Positions 1 to 14,943 of a stretch of DNA of 64,000 nt are shown here, in pieces. This DNA is from Eledone cirrhosa (lineage: Eukaryota). Position numbers and translations under genes: made by a program. The DNA is taken from positions 38,936,001-39,000,000 of the forward strand of contig OZ024751.1 in assembly GCA_964016885.1 (NCBI GenBank), given 5' to 3'. The notes beneath the pieces are model-generated. The model was not told the DNA's origin. It was given only the letters and a program-made list of their open reading frames with translations, and ran no database searches. Numbering within the stretch: the first letter of the stretch is position 1; each line of letters starts with the position of its first letter.

Positions 1-1351
1 TTCAAATTTCAAGACTCACATAGTTATTTCCGTTTCTAGCACATCCTATTGGTGTAAGTTATTACCTCCTAAAAGCCAAGGGTTTCGATAATTTGCTTGC
101 CATAATATGATTATCACTTAAAGAGCAGGTGCTACGCCATCACCAAAGTATAATACAATGTTTGCAATGAAATGATGTTTATATCTCTGATTTTGTTGTT
201 TAAAATATGTTTTGGTAATTATTCCAGTTTCACTTTAAATCCCGTTTTTGCACGATGATTCATTAACGCAATATACAAGATTAGAAATCGAAAACAACGA
301 AAAGAATACAGAGGAAAGTTGGAGAACTGCTAGGAAGAGACACGTCACTTATATCTATAAATGTAATCATATCTTTTTAACGAGCAGCTGATATAATATT
401 CAATTCAATATTCATATATATATATGTATATGTAAGGAGGTTATGAGGACGCTGAGAGCAGTATATACAATTTAAACAATATATATATATCATAAATCCC
501 TATATGTTAGCATGTTTATATATATACACACGTATGCTCGTGTATGTATGTATGTGCAAGAGTGTATTTTTCAATGGATGCCAGTGTATAAAGGACGGAG
601 TTTCGACAAGTTTTTCATGATAGAAATTATCGCTGGCTAGCAAATACAAGTATTTCTATCATACATGTGTGCGTCTTTGTGCGTGTGTGTGTGTGTGTCC
701 ATCTATCTGTGTGTAGGTGTGTGTAGGTGTGTGCGTGTGTGTATTGCATCGTCAAAGTTTCTTCTATGCTACAGTGAAACGATCTGTTTTCTAGCTCTCA
801 ACAAGGGAAATAAGGAAATTAAAACTTAAGAAATATGTTTCAATTTTTAAGCTGGACATTAACAGGACATGACAGGTGTTTGTGTAGATATATATCTGAT
901 TGCCTGGGATTCTTATTTCTATTATGAGTTTAGCTCAGTATTTAATAATAGGAACTAGGCATGAAGGATCGGATCGTCTTCAGAAGAGATTTCTGGTTTA
1001 TGTAATACTAAATGCTGGCGTGCTTTCATGCAGCTGGAAATATTTAATAAGATTTTCGCATCGTTGAATTTATCACTATATCTGATTGAGAGAGAAATCA
1101 TGTCCTTTCTTGTATCTTCTTCATCATTTTCTATGTTCACAGTTTTCACCAACAGAGATTCTTACTAACTGTCTCGTTCCTGTGAAACTATCACATTTTA
1201 GCATCATTGTATTTTTAGTGGGATTTATATTCTGTAAGGGTACCCAATGATTTAGCTACCAATAACTCTAGGATATTGTTAATTTATTTATAAATCTCCC
1301 CATCTCCCCAATATATGTATGTATGGATGGATGTGAGTATGCGTGTGTGTA

Positions 1352-1456
<105 letters not shown>

Positions 1457-1907
1457 ATGTAAGTATGTGAGTGAATAAGGGATTGAGTGTATATTTCACT
1501 CGTCTATCTTCCTGAAATTTTCTTTACCTCGCCCCCTGATTTCGATGAAGAAATGTCGTCCGAAACGTTGAGATATTTTTCCATCCAGCTTTAAACCTAT
1601 GCGCCATCATTGCATTGCATTCTTTTCTTGTGTTATACATCTTGTGTTTCTATAAAACAACCAAAGATGTTAATTGTACATTTGGTCAACTAAAGGTAAA
1701 AATTAAGTTGTCGTTGTGTTTATATATATATATATATGCTCTGTGAGTAATATAACCATGCTGTGAGTGCACCGTAAGCAATGGAGTAATCCAGAAGCTG
1801 CACATCAATCACACCTTTTGACTATCAACTCGCTTTGAGATTAAACCGCACATTGCCAAATATATAGTTATTTTCTCACTTTGTATGAATTATATATATA
1901 TATATAT

Positions 1908-2181
1908 CAAGTAAGAATATTTTCGAAACAGCGAGTTGATTTGAAATTATTAGAAATGTAAGCTATCACCGTATTTTGACTAAAGAAATTAAAGAAATTA
2001 TTTAGCCTGATAGTGGGGTTAAGAACCCTCGGGGAAATGGAAAAAGATAAGTATTGACGTACATGTACATCAATACTCATCTTTTTCCATTTCCCCGAGG
2101 GTTCTTAACCCCACTATCAGGCTAAATAATTTCTTTAATTTCTTTAGTCAAAATACGGCGATAGCTAACATTTCTAATAAT
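1908..2181 (-). mobile_element. Fold-back palindromic element in (TA)n
   Basis: Zero-loop palindrome 1946-2181 with 118-bp arms, about 4 mismatches and centre GTACA|TGTAC. Unpaired tail 1908-1945. TA arrays on both sides. Confidence 0.75.
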
Positions 2182-2234
<53 letters not shown>

Positions 2235-3663
2235 CATGTGTGTGTGTGAGTGTATATTTATATATCATATATATATTCCGTTAATGTAGCCTTCTATAAC
2301 CCAGCTTTGCTTCCTATACATTCTTCGGCACTTGAAGCAAACAACATACAGACACACACAACCACATACACACACACTGATGTATAGCTAGAGAAAAGTA
2401 AATAAAATTATATATATATATATATTTATGTATGTATATATATGGGAATATTTTTGAATAACTATGTATATAAATGTAGAAAAAGCTAACCAAATGCTCA
2501 CCATATATACACACACACACGCAAAAAGACATACTCACACACACACACACATGTATTCCAACTTCATTGTAATGATAGCAAGAAGAAGCACCGCTGCTGC
2601 CATTAAGCTAGTCACAATCTCTACTATATACATCAAAGGAAATCTCGCCGATCAGGCATGTTCATTCGGCGTGAGATGTTGTTACTAACAAAATAGAGCT
2701 AATTTCTTTAGTCTGAGTGTTTCCCTTTGGATCTCTCTCTCTCTCTTTCTATCTATCTCTCCCTCTCTCTCTCCCCCTCTCTATCTCTCTCTCTCTCGCG
2801 CTATCTCTCTCTCTCTCTCTTTCTCTCTCACACACACTCTCTCTCTATCTCTCTCTCTTTCACTCTTTCTCTCTCTCACTCACATCTCTGGACAAGCAGA
2901 CGATATCAATGGCGGCGAAGCGTGTAGTAAATGACACAGATTTTTACGACTATTTCCGGACATGCTGGTCGATATGTAACTCTCGGGGCGATTCCATCAT
3001 GCCATTGCTTATCTCTCAGACACGCATTTGGCATTTTATATACTTTTGCTAAGCTACATTTTTACAACACATTGAAAACATGTATCGGCGTTGTTTGAAT
3101 ATGAAATGGAAATATGGCTGATCATTTAATTGCATATAGTTCTTTCTATGCTTCTTTCTTCTTGATCGGAATGGGCATTCGGTCAGTCTGTAATAATTTC
3201 TAAAGTTCTCTTATTTTCATCGTCGGATTTATGGACGCTTGACCTGCCAGAAATGTATAATGAACATTAGTAGAAAAAGGAATATTGGTTTTCGTGGTAA
3301 AGAAAATATACTCTTTGAACTGCCCGTCAACACACACAACCCGTGATGGTGAAGCTGGCAGCGATGGTTGTTTTAATGGTGGTGGTTGTGCTGATAGAGT
3401 ATAAACATATTTGTATAGTAACTAACCATATTTATTTCATCAACTACATTCCTGTCTGAGAATGTATCCAAGATGTTGGACTATATTCTTTTACTCTTTT
3501 GCTGCTTTCAGTCACTTGACAAAGGCCATGTTGGGGCAGTGTAATCTTTTAGTTTACCACCTTGACACTAGATCGGATACTTCTATGATTGTTGACATAT
3601 TTGTATCCATATACACATATATAAGTGTATATATATATACATATATATATATATAAATATAAA

Positions 3664-3764
<101 letters not shown>

Positions 3765-3900
3765 ACATACACACATATATGTACATATACATGTTTGACA
3801 GAGAAAGACGGGCCACGTATTTAGATAATTAATCGATGAGACACACTACTGGAAATTCTCCGCCCTAACCTGAAGATTTAATAGCGAACTAAACGTATAT

Positions 3901-3978
<78 letters not shown>

Positions 3979-4482
3979 ATAATTGCGTATACACATATCT
4001 ACACACATACATGCATACCTATATACATATACACATATATATACATATAACTATTTTACGTTTAGGTGTATAGACAATATCTTTTAATCTAAAATATTTT
4101 TTTATGTTTCAATGTTTGTTTTAACATTAATACCTTCCATTTAATGGCTCCATTTTCAACAGAGAATTATTAAGGTGATTCTGAACCTTTTACACTTCCA
4201 ATGTTTTACCTAGTGGGAGAAGATAAGCAGACGACATTTACTGTACAGAAGTCTCTTTCAATATACAACTATTTGCAACTATTTGCAAAAGCAGACGCCA
4301 TGTTTTCTTTATCCACTTAACTCATGTTACACTTCGGAAGAGAGTCGTCAAATTCTTATTGACAAACATTCAATCAACCTGGCGTGTTGTAAAGTGGTTG
4401 AAAATAAGCCATTTCCGGTCGGGACTGTAATCAGAGCAGTCAGAATACACACACTAACACACGCTCTCTTTCTCTCACTCTC

Positions 4483-4650
<168 letters not shown>

Positions 4651-5122
4651 TCGTTCTATCTCTTTGTCACACTCACACACACATTAACATTTAGACTGAA
4701 GTCATATATTTAAGACCTAAAGGAATATTTACATCGTGAACAGTTAATATGAAACAAAATATCAAAATAAATATTTTTAATACAAACACAAACACTTGAA
4801 ATAACAGTCTTGCTGAAGACAGATATCATAAATTGATAGTTGATATACGAAAACAACTTCTATTAGAAAATGAAAAAGAATATGTATATATATTATTATT
4901 ACAATATATATGTATATATATACAATCTTTTCCTGAGTCCTGTATTTTCGTTGCTCTAGTGATGCGGCTGGACTGCTGATCGCTATATTTGATTTGCTAA
5001 GCTGTCTAAACGTATTGTTATAACTCTGGGGTACTTTACCCCATCCGAGTGCTAAAGCTACAGACCGAATTTGCATTCGTTAGCTTGGCCGCGAACTAAA
5101 GCTTCGTTAATGCTGTACTAGA

Positions 5123-5174
<52 letters not shown>

Positions 5175-5334
5175 GATGCACGCGTTGTTGAAAGCTGGTT
5201 GGACCTAGTACATAGTAATACATATTTATTAAGACCAATCTTATTGTTGTTGCACCGAACTTAATTGTCGGACGATCCTGGAAATACACATGAGAAAATC
5301 CCGAGGAACAGCAATCCCCTGCCCTTATTAAAGA

Positions 5335-5387
<53 letters not shown>

Positions 5388-5608
5388 GTTAAAAATGTAC
5401 ATCCACATATGTATACTGAAATACTAGTATGCAATGAATACACACACGTATACATATGTAGATGTACCGAGTTTTTCACTGGTCACTTTACTGTGAGTGT
5501 CCAGCTATTCTGTATGTAAACACACAGACAAACCGGTTTTTAGAGTCATACTGGTTTTTGAGGAAACACCTTTCCTCTATTCTCCAGAAAGCCAGACAAG
5601 GAATATTG

Positions 5609-5722
<114 letters not shown>

Positions 5723-7460
5723 TAGAAAAGAGAAAGGAAAAAGAGAAAGGAGAATGAGTGACGCATCATATCCGAGGTTAGTCCTTCATTATGAAGAGTA
5801 CACTTAGAAGAAGGAGGAGGTGTATGAGTGTATGAAGTAATAAATTTGAAAGTTCGAAAAAAATACCACTTTTCCATTAAACATCACGTATAGTATGCCC
5901 ATACCGGTAGTATTCGTTGAATATTATTGCAGTACGAGAAATACATATAAAATATACAGAACTCCTGTGTAGGCCTCCTCCCATCTCTCAATATAGCGTA
6001 TACGACAAAAGTAGTTTTTTTTTACAGCAAAATGGTTGCTTTTCTTAAGATTTTCGTGAAGTAGAGACCTTGAACCTCCGATTCTAGAATCACATGAGTG
6101 TGTTTAGACTTTCTTATTTGTGCTCCTGAAAAGGGAAAGTTTTGCCTTCTGCTACAACCAAAATTCCCATGATAAAACCTATGTCATATTGGCACTCCTG
6201 CGTCTATATTCAGTATATTCAGGGTTAGGAGCCAAAGGCAAGATAAAGTATTACTCAAAATATATAATCGATAAAAAGTTCTCTATGTGATAATAGAATC
6301 TTGCATATCAACCAATGAAGTAACGAAATCGAAACAAAACAAAAAACAAACAAAAAAAAAACAAGATTCGTGTTCCCTGGGTTTAGTTTTAAAAAGTTCT
6401 TCCAAGTAATAGCGAAACTTTAAAATACAATTTACATACACCTATTATTGCTAAAGGGAGAAGGAAAATTCTTTAAATTAATATTTGCTATATAGCGTCT
6501 ATATATGTATGTTACAACACCCTAGGGAATTTATCCCAAAAATAATTAAAAAATAAACTGCCAAAAAAATATTTGAAAAAAAATAACCTTTGCTACTAGA
6601 TGTACCATAATTACCCAGTAAGTGAAAAATTGGAATCAATACATAAAGAGCCAAAAAGTTATTTTTAATGCCATATCAACATTGGTATTCCTTCAAGCAA
6701 GTTATTAAACCGTGAACAATACTCACAGACACTTAAATAGAAAGCTTCAGGCGAAAGATAGCAACGAGAGAGAAATTAGTCGCCATTTAAAGAATGAGCA
6801 AATTTCAATAATGAAAGTGTCTGGAACCATTATGTCTTCATAACTCAAATGAAACAAAAAGTTTAAATTGTGTTGAATATTACACAATAAATATTGATTT
6901 CTTTGTTAAAGCATATGATCAGATTTGTAAGGAGAGGACAAGCGATGGAGTGAATTGGTTTTCTAAGACTAGGACTATTGAAAGAATGAATGGATGTGCT
7001 AAGGATAGGATGTGCGATACATTGAAATGATTTGTTAAAGTTAATGAGTCAGGGATCAAGTACTGAGCCGAGTTTGAAAACGAATAGGAGAGCTGTAACA
7101 TTATATATTACTTGCAGAAGCGTTAGCAATAGTCGATGGACTCAGGGAGAATACATTATTTAGGTATTCTCTAAAATGATATACGTATGAACATTCTAGA
7201 ATCTTGCGTGAAAATAACTACGAGAATCTGCAATGCTTTAACCGTTGAAAATACTTTTTATCCATTCACGATCTTATGGAAACCGAATTATCCCTTTCTG
7301 TCATCACAAATCATGCAAACAACACACCAAACTACAAGTAATATTTTATTAAGGAGAAGGCTTTGTTAGTTGCCAACTGGTAAAATATTGACAAACATAG
7401 ATAAGCTATAGTCGGAAAACTAAGACAGAAGGACATATGAAATAATTGCAAATACTTTAA

Positions 7461-7795
7461 ATTAGAATACACACATAGATACACACTGACATACTATTAA
7501 AATAGACTCATACATATACACTGCCATACTATTAGAATAGAGTCATACATATACACTGACATACTATTAGATTAGAATCATACATACACAGACATACTAT
7601 TAGAATAGACTCATACATACACACTGACATACTATTAGAATAGACTCATACATACACACTGACATACTATTAGAATAGACTCATAGATATATACTGACAT
7701 ACTATTAGAATAGACTCATACATATACATACATACTATTAGAATAGACTCATACATATATACAGACATACTATTAGATTAGACTCATACATACAC
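7461..7795. repeat. 35-bp minisatellite, about 9.5 copies
   Basis: Unit GACATACTATTAGAATAGACTCATACATACACACT, tandemly repeated with small variants. Confidence 0.92.
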
Positions 7796-8121
7796 TTTGA
7801 TTTGAAAATAGGTTTATAAGTATGAATTTTCGCAAAATGTTCGTAGTTGTCTCAGTGGTCTAGCGGTAGGTACTACAGACGGTGGAGATCCTGGCCTTGG
7901 GTTCAATCCTGGACAAGACGTACATGTAACTTTTTTCAGTTTTTATTTTACAACCTATAGAAAAAAGAAACTGAAAAGTTTTACTGGAACCTTACTCCCG
8001 TCCAGGATCGAACTTCAGACCAGACACACCACCGTATAGGATTCTTCCATCTATGCCACCGAGACAGCTACAGAAGTATATTGAAAATTGATAATTATAT
8101 ACCTACTTTCAAAATCAAAGT
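7794..8121. mobile_element. Inverted-repeat element with two convergent tRNA-like units
   Basis: Terminal IR ACTTTGATTTGAAAATAGGT / ACCTACTTTCAAAATCAAAGT. Plus arm has A box TGGTCTAGCGG and B box GGTTCAATCC; minus arm has TGGCATAGATGG and GTTCGATCC. T-runs follow both. Confidence 0.7.
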
Positions 8122-8204
8122 TAAAAAGATGTGGTGTCGTTCATGGCTTTCCTAGAGCTATTAGCAATATTTAGGGTCGACTTCTGCTCATTATTGAAAG
8201 TCTC

Positions 8205-8388
8205 AGCGGTGGATTGGGAGTATCGGTAGAGGGTCGGACGCCATGCTTTCCAGCATAGTTACGTCCCTTTACGATCTGATTTCAAATCCCGCCAAGATTA
8301 ACTTTGCCTTTCATCCTTACGGGGTCGATAAAATAAAGTACCAGTAATGCACTGGGTAATTGCTGGCCTTGTGCCTAAAGTAGAAACA
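8205..8388 (+). mobile_element. ~190-bp SINE (family S1), full length
   Basis: B-box-like TTCAAATCC, central GCCTTTCATCCTTACGGGGTCGATAAAATAAAGTACCAG, and 15-bp TSD ATTATTGAAAGTCTC (8190-8204 / 8389-8403). Confidence 0.92.
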
Positions 8389-8714
8389 ATTATTGAAAGT
8401 CTCTAGATTTCGCAAAATACATAATATTTTTTATTGGAGAAAGTAAAATATTTTTCCGCAAAAATTTGATTGCACTGTTTTGTTTCCACATATGTAATTT
8501 TCGATAATGTTATTTATTTATTATGAAAATTAAATGATAACATTCAATATGGAGGTGAGCCCCCTTCATCTCCTGGTAACCAATATTTTTAGACCCAGTA
8601 CGGTACTGCATACATATACACAGACACTATTAGCATACACTCATACACAGACACATACAAAGAGACAAACTTTTAATATATATGTGTGTATGTGTGTCTG
8701 TATTTATATATACA

Positions 8715-8892
<178 letters not shown>

Positions 8893-8997
8893 ATAAATAT
8901 ACATATCTGTATGAAATATATATTCTTCAGTGATTTATATATATATATATATATATATATAAAGAAGATGCCTGTTGGTGTTCATATGTATAAAAAT

Positions 8998-9177
8998 AAT
9001 TGTTTCTACTTTTGGCACAAGGCCAGCAATTAACCAGTGCATTACTGGTACTTTATTTTATCGAACCCGTAAGGATGAAAGGCAAAGTTAACCTCGGCGG
9101 GATTTGAACTCAGAATAGCAAGGGGTGTAACTCAGTGCGTCAAAGCATGGCGTCCGACCCTCTACCGATACTGCCAA
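8998..9177 (-). mobile_element. SINE S1
   Basis: Reverse-complement match to 8205-8388 over nearly its full length. Confidence 0.9.
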
Positions 9178-9449
9178 AAAAATAGTATCTGCAGACAATT
9201 CACACATGTACAAGACAAACAATAGCTGTATCAACACCTCGTCAGTCACTTTTCTCACATGCAGTTTCGTGCATTAACATGGTCCAGCATTGTGATGTCC
9301 ACTTTGACGGACATATTCCAAATTATTATGTGTATATATATATATAAATATAGCCATGGTTAACTTAAGCATTTGAAATGCGAGCGTCCAATTTTACTGT
9401 CTCTATATATTATTTACCCACAATTCTCAGCTACTAATTATAAGAATCG

Positions 9450-9502
<53 letters not shown>

Positions 9503-9630
9503 GGTCATTTGCGATGATGTGCACACATTTCAAATTTCATACACACGCACTCGTATATATATATATATATATATATATGCGAGTGTGTGTGTATGTATGA
9601 CATTTGAAATGTGTGCACGCATATATGTAT

Positions 9631-9674
<44 letters not shown>

Positions 9675-9977
9675 GTGTATGTGCAAGAGTGTATTCGTCT
9701 GTAATATGTAAAAATTAGCTTTAAGACTGTTTTGTACAACTGGTAGGTTTACTACTAAACAATATTTCCGTGTGGTGCGCACCAAAAGAAAATAATAAAA
9801 GCAAAAGTGTTTTGAGCTGATGGCATCTTCAATTGTTGTTGGTATTCTATTCCGGTCAGGAATAGCCTCATTAAAGGAACGCTATCTCTAGCAGAGCATT
9901 ATTTCGAATGTGAAACCAAGCGATACTTCATGCAAATCAACCTAAAGTAACAATTTCGAATCACAGACAGAGTACAA

Positions 9978-9979
<2 letters not shown>

Positions 9980-10037
<58 letters not shown>

Positions 10038-10195
10038 AAGAGAGAGAGGGAGGGAGAGAGAGAGAGAGGGAGAGAGAGAGAAAGAGAGAGAGATTGGTTG
10101 CATGTGAGACTGACAAAGGACAGTGATAGACAGAGGCGACCATGAGAGAGTGTTGGGATATGAGTGTGTATATCAGAGAGACAGAGATGGAGAGA

Positions 10196-10231
<36 letters not shown>

Positions 10232-10535
10232 AATAGAGAGAGAGAGACTATTAGCATGCGTGTCTGCGTATGCATGTGTAAGAAAGTAAAAAAAAAAAGA
10301 CTTCAATGTAAGACAGAAAGAGAGCGAAAGAGGTGAAGAGAAAGAGAGACGGAGAGAGAATGAGAGAGAGAGAGCCAATTATAGTAAGAAAGAAAGAGTG
10401 AGAGAGTGAGAAGTGTGAGAGACAGGGAGAAGAGAAAACACATCGAAAGATAGTGTTTGTGCGTGTATGTTGGTCTACGTATGCATGCGTGGGAGAAAAA
10501 AGCTAGCTAGATAGTTAGAGATAGATAGGAAAGTG

Positions 10536-10598
<63 letters not shown>

Positions 10599-11160
10599 GA
10601 GAGGGGGGAAGACAGAGTGAGAGAGAGAGAGAAGTAATAGAAATATAGGTGGCTGAGAGAAAGAGATAAATACAGGAATGGTAGAGAGTGAGATGGAGAG
10701 AAAGATATCACGAAAATCATCGAGAAGGTAAAAAGCAAAAAGTATTGTGTGAGTGTGTGTGTGCAGGTGTGTGTGGGTGTGTGTGCAGGTGTGTGTGTTT
10801 GTGTGCGTCTGTGTGTATGTGTGCGTGTGTGTATGTGTGTGTATGCTTCCCTCTCTAGGTCTGTATGTGTGTGTGTGGCTGTGTGTGCCTGCCTCTGTGT
10901 GTGTTTGTGTGCGCATCTGTGTGTGTATGTGAGCATGTGTGAGTATGTGTATGTGTTTGTGTGAATGTTTCCCTCTCTAGATATGTGTGTGTGTGTGTGC
11001 CTGTGTATGATTGTATGCGTGTGCCTTTGTGTGTGTGTATGTAAGAATGTGTGAGTATGTGTATGTGTTTATGTGAATGTTTCCCTCTCTAGGTCTGTGT
11101 ATGTGTGTGTGTATGTGCGTGTATGTATGTTTCCCTCTCTTGGTATGTATGTGTGTATCT
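9980..11160. repeat. Compound (GA)n/(GATA)n/(GT)n low-complexity block
   Basis: (GATA)n at ~10536-10597, and a GT-rich higher-order repeat punctuated by TTCCCTCTCT at ~10847, 10969, 11081 and 11131. Confidence 0.85.
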
Positions 11161-11519
11161 GTATTCTAAAGAAAGAGATAACGAACAAAAGAAAGAAATA
11201 GGAAACAAAACAAATAAAAAGAAATTAAAGGAAAACAAAAAACAACAAGAACAGTGAACAAAAGAAATAGTGGTATTGTGATGAAATTAGTTTCAATAAA
11301 GAGAGTACAATAATAGACGTGTTGCTTGAATAACGGGAAACTAATTATTGGCAATATCTTGTACGAAATGGATTAATATATTGTTTCTAATGAAAGACTA
11401 AATCACTAGTTTCGCTGATTGAGCTTAACAATATATTACTAGGAAGGGTTTCTCTTGATTTCTCTGTGGTTTTTCTGTGGTTTCTCTCTGCTTTTTCTTA
11501 TATTCCTCTTATATTAACG

Positions 11520-12230
11520 CTTACTGTTGCTGATATTGCTGCTGTTTGCATATGGCTATTGTTATAGCTGTTGTTGTTGTTGTTTTTAATGTTTGTACTG
11601 CTCCTGTTGTTGTTGTTGGTGTTGTTGTTGTTACTGCTGCTGCTGCTGCTGCTGCTGCTGTTGTTGTTGTTGTTGTTAATGGTGGTGGTCCTGATAGTGA
11701 TGGCGGTGGTGATGCTATTGTTGTTGTTAATAATGGTAGTGCTGGTAGTGATGGTGCTGGTGATGCTATTGTTGTTGTTAATGGTGGTAGTGATGATGGT
11801 ATTTCTATTGTTTTTGTTAATGGTGGTAGTGGTGGTAGTGGTGATGCACTTAATGTTGTGATAGTGACTTATTGATGTTGTTAATGGTGGTGGCGCTGGT
11901 GATGGTGATACTTGTGCTGTTGTATATAGTGGTGATGATGATGGGGATGCTATTGCTGTTGTTTGGACATGTCTATTGATGATGCTGATCTTCTACTTAA
12001 TGATGTTGCTGCGACCATTCTTGGTGTTTGTACATGACTACAGTTGTTGCTGATGTCGTTCATGATTGTTGTGCTGTAAATGAGTTGCTGTTTGTATATA
12101 ACTGTTATTGTTGCTGCTGCGCTTGTTGTTGCTATTGTTGCTGCTGTGTGTTTCTATTGTATTAGTTATTGTTGTTGTTCTCGGTATTGTTGTTGGTCAT
12201 GTTAACGATGTCGTTGGTTGTGGTGATTGT
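11520..12230. repeat. Degenerate (GTT/GCT/GGT)n trinucleotide region
   Basis: Cryptic triplet repeats that explain ORFs 11546 and 11571. Confidence 0.85.
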
Positions 12231-12939
12231 AGGAGTGTTTTCTTACTTAATGTTGATAAATAAAATCCATGTTTATCCCTACTTCAGATTAGCTTCAGCA
12301 AACATATGGTCAAAGACATCCCATCCGTGAACATCCCGTACATTAGGGACACCAACAACTATATTGTCCAGTGAGCTATTCTGTTTCCTAAATGGCAATT
12401 TGTTATTACTTGGGGACTTAACTCATATTTCTTTTAGACGACGAGATCGAAATTTCCTAGTAATATACTCTTGTAGATATTGAGCATGCTCCTGCCACCA
12501 CAGTTACATCTCTTGTTGCAGCCATGTTTAATAACGATGATAGATATTAATGCTCTTTAGCCGCAAGCCAGCCGACATATTGAAAGACATTGTAAATCAT
12601 CACATATTTGGTCATCACATATTTCTAATATATTAGTCAACACACGAACAATATTTACAATGAATCGTTCATTTTTTAAGACAACAGTCTCAGATTATTG
12701 GTGACTTAGTTTCTGTTTTTAGCAAGTGAAGTAGCTAAATATACTTACCTCGTTAGGAGAGTTATTTCGATTGATGTCGGTATAAAATATACATTGCAGC
12801 CTGCGCAGTAATGCTACAAAGATATTCCATATATTTGTGAGCTTTCGATAAACAAACACGTTTATGTACAAGTGAATGTAAACCAAGACTGTGTGTTAAT
12901 ATATAAATATATACATACTATGACAATCTCGCATTAATT

Positions 12940-13062
12940 TGAGTTCAAATCCCGCCGAGGTTAACTTTGCCTTTCATCCTTACGGGGTCGATAAAATAAA
13001 GTAGCAGTAGTATAATGCACTAGGATAATTAATTGCTGGCCTTGTTCCAAAAGTAGAAAAAA
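12940..13062 (+). mobile_element. SINE S1, 5'-truncated
   Basis: Starts at the B box. TSD ATTAATTTGAG (12933-12943 / 13062-13072). Confidence 0.88.
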
Positions 13063-13603
13063 TTAATTTGAGCTTTTTGTGTGTGAGAACATACGTCGAA
13101 ACAATCAAATGCATTTTATATCATGTATATAACGACTTATTCGTTTGTCTTTACACTGACGTCATGTGTGAGTACGAGAAACATACTACAGATGCACACA
13201 GAAACATACGTTTGTATATATGTATGAATACACATGCGTGTATGTATGTATATATATATGGGTATGTATGTAATGCTTGCGTGTTCTATTTACATTCTTA
13301 TATGAAGTGTTGAATTTCAGACGAAAGTCAGAATTAAACTAATATATATAAAAAAAAAACATAACAGTTGTTATTACATCGAAATGTTCCCTAAAGGCGA
13401 TAATGTCTTTAGGTCGCCATCAACAGTGGTATGTTCTGTTAATTGACGAAAGCCATTTGGTCACACTGGGGAAGATGGTGACCTTCTAGACAATTATACA
13501 CGATACGGAATCACAGCAGTATTAGTAGTATCAGTACTGGAGGTCGCCTTCGTGGTAGTAAAGAATGTGATGGCGGTAGTAGGGTAGTAGGTGTAGTAAA
13601 ATA

Positions 13604-13669
13604 ATAGTAGTAGTAGTAGTGTTGATGGTTATTTTGATAGTATTGCTATTGCTGCTGGTAGTAGTAGTC

Positions 13670-13747
<78 letters not shown>

Positions 13748-13772
13748 ACAGCAGCGGCAGCAGTAGTAGTAA
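13604..13772. repeat. (TAG)n microsatellite
   Basis: Pure TAG core with degenerate flanks. Confidence 0.93.
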
Positions 13773-14194
13773 CAGGCTTTATTAAAGTTAAATGGCACGC
13801 CTGAGACTCAACCATTAGCCGATGTTTTGTCTCGCCGGAAACATTCGACCATTATGTAAGGCTCATCTACGTTATTTAAATAGTTATTTATAAAGATTAA
13901 TTCTTGAACGGCTAGTAACGAGGAAAACATTATTTTCACATCGGACAATGAATTTAGTTTAAAGATTACTCCCCGTGGGTGCACTCTGGAAATTTCTACT
14001 GAAAAAATAAGAACTGTAATACGATTACCTAATACAATGATTGATTAACATCTTGATATATTGCTCCAATTCGGGGAGAGCTTCGGCTAACAGAGTTGAT
14101 CTCTCAGCAGTAATCGAAAACTGAAACACTAACACAAATACAACAATTTATCTATCTCGATATCTGAACACACATCACACATACACACACACAA

Positions 14195-14225
<31 letters not shown>

Positions 14226-14228
14226 CAC

Positions 14229-14384
<156 letters not shown>

Positions 14385-14479
14385 GTACATATACTCGTAT
14401 ATAAACCAACCAAACAGTGAGTGTGTTCTATTATTATTTCTGACAATATTATTACAATAATATGACCCTCCGCAAGTAT

Positions 14480-14518
<39 letters not shown>

Positions 14519-14614
14519 CAAGGTGACCCCAAAATCTCTATACGCACTTTGATTACCTGTACGGTCAATATCTATTAGAGTGCTGTTGAAGTATGTATAC
14601 AGTTTTGGGGCACC

Positions 14615-14617
<3 letters not shown>
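14519..14617. mobile_element. Tc1/mariner-type MITE
   Basis: Imperfect TIRs CAAGGTGACCCCAAAATCTCTATAC / GTATACAGTTTTGGGGCACCGTG, flanked by TA on both sides. Confidence 0.7.
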
Positions 14618-14697
<80 letters not shown>

Positions 14698-14830
14698 AAT
14701 ATGCATGTATACATGTGTGTCATGTTATAGATCTATGTATGCATACATGTATCTATGTATGTATCTGTGTGTGTGTGTGAGAGAGAGAAAGAGAGAGAGA
14801 GAGATAGAGAGATAGAGAGAGAGAGAGTGG

Positions 14831-14943
<113 letters not shown>

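Noticed and set aside
950-1290. Possible decayed CR1-like LINE 3' end or 65-aa ORF
   Set aside because: Only faint resemblance (LQKR..., YSVRVPN), too degenerate to support.
7461-7795. CRISPR-like array with ~35-bp periodicity
   Set aside because: The units are contiguous with no unique spacers, there are no cas genes, and the context is eukaryotic.
7845-7920. Functional tRNA gene
   Set aside because: A and B boxes are present, but I could not fold a convincing cloverleaf. Treated as tRNA-derived.
11546-11875. Gly/Val-rich repeat protein exon
   Set aside because: It lies within a wider degenerate triplet-repeat tract with stops on either side, and there is no splice or codon evidence.
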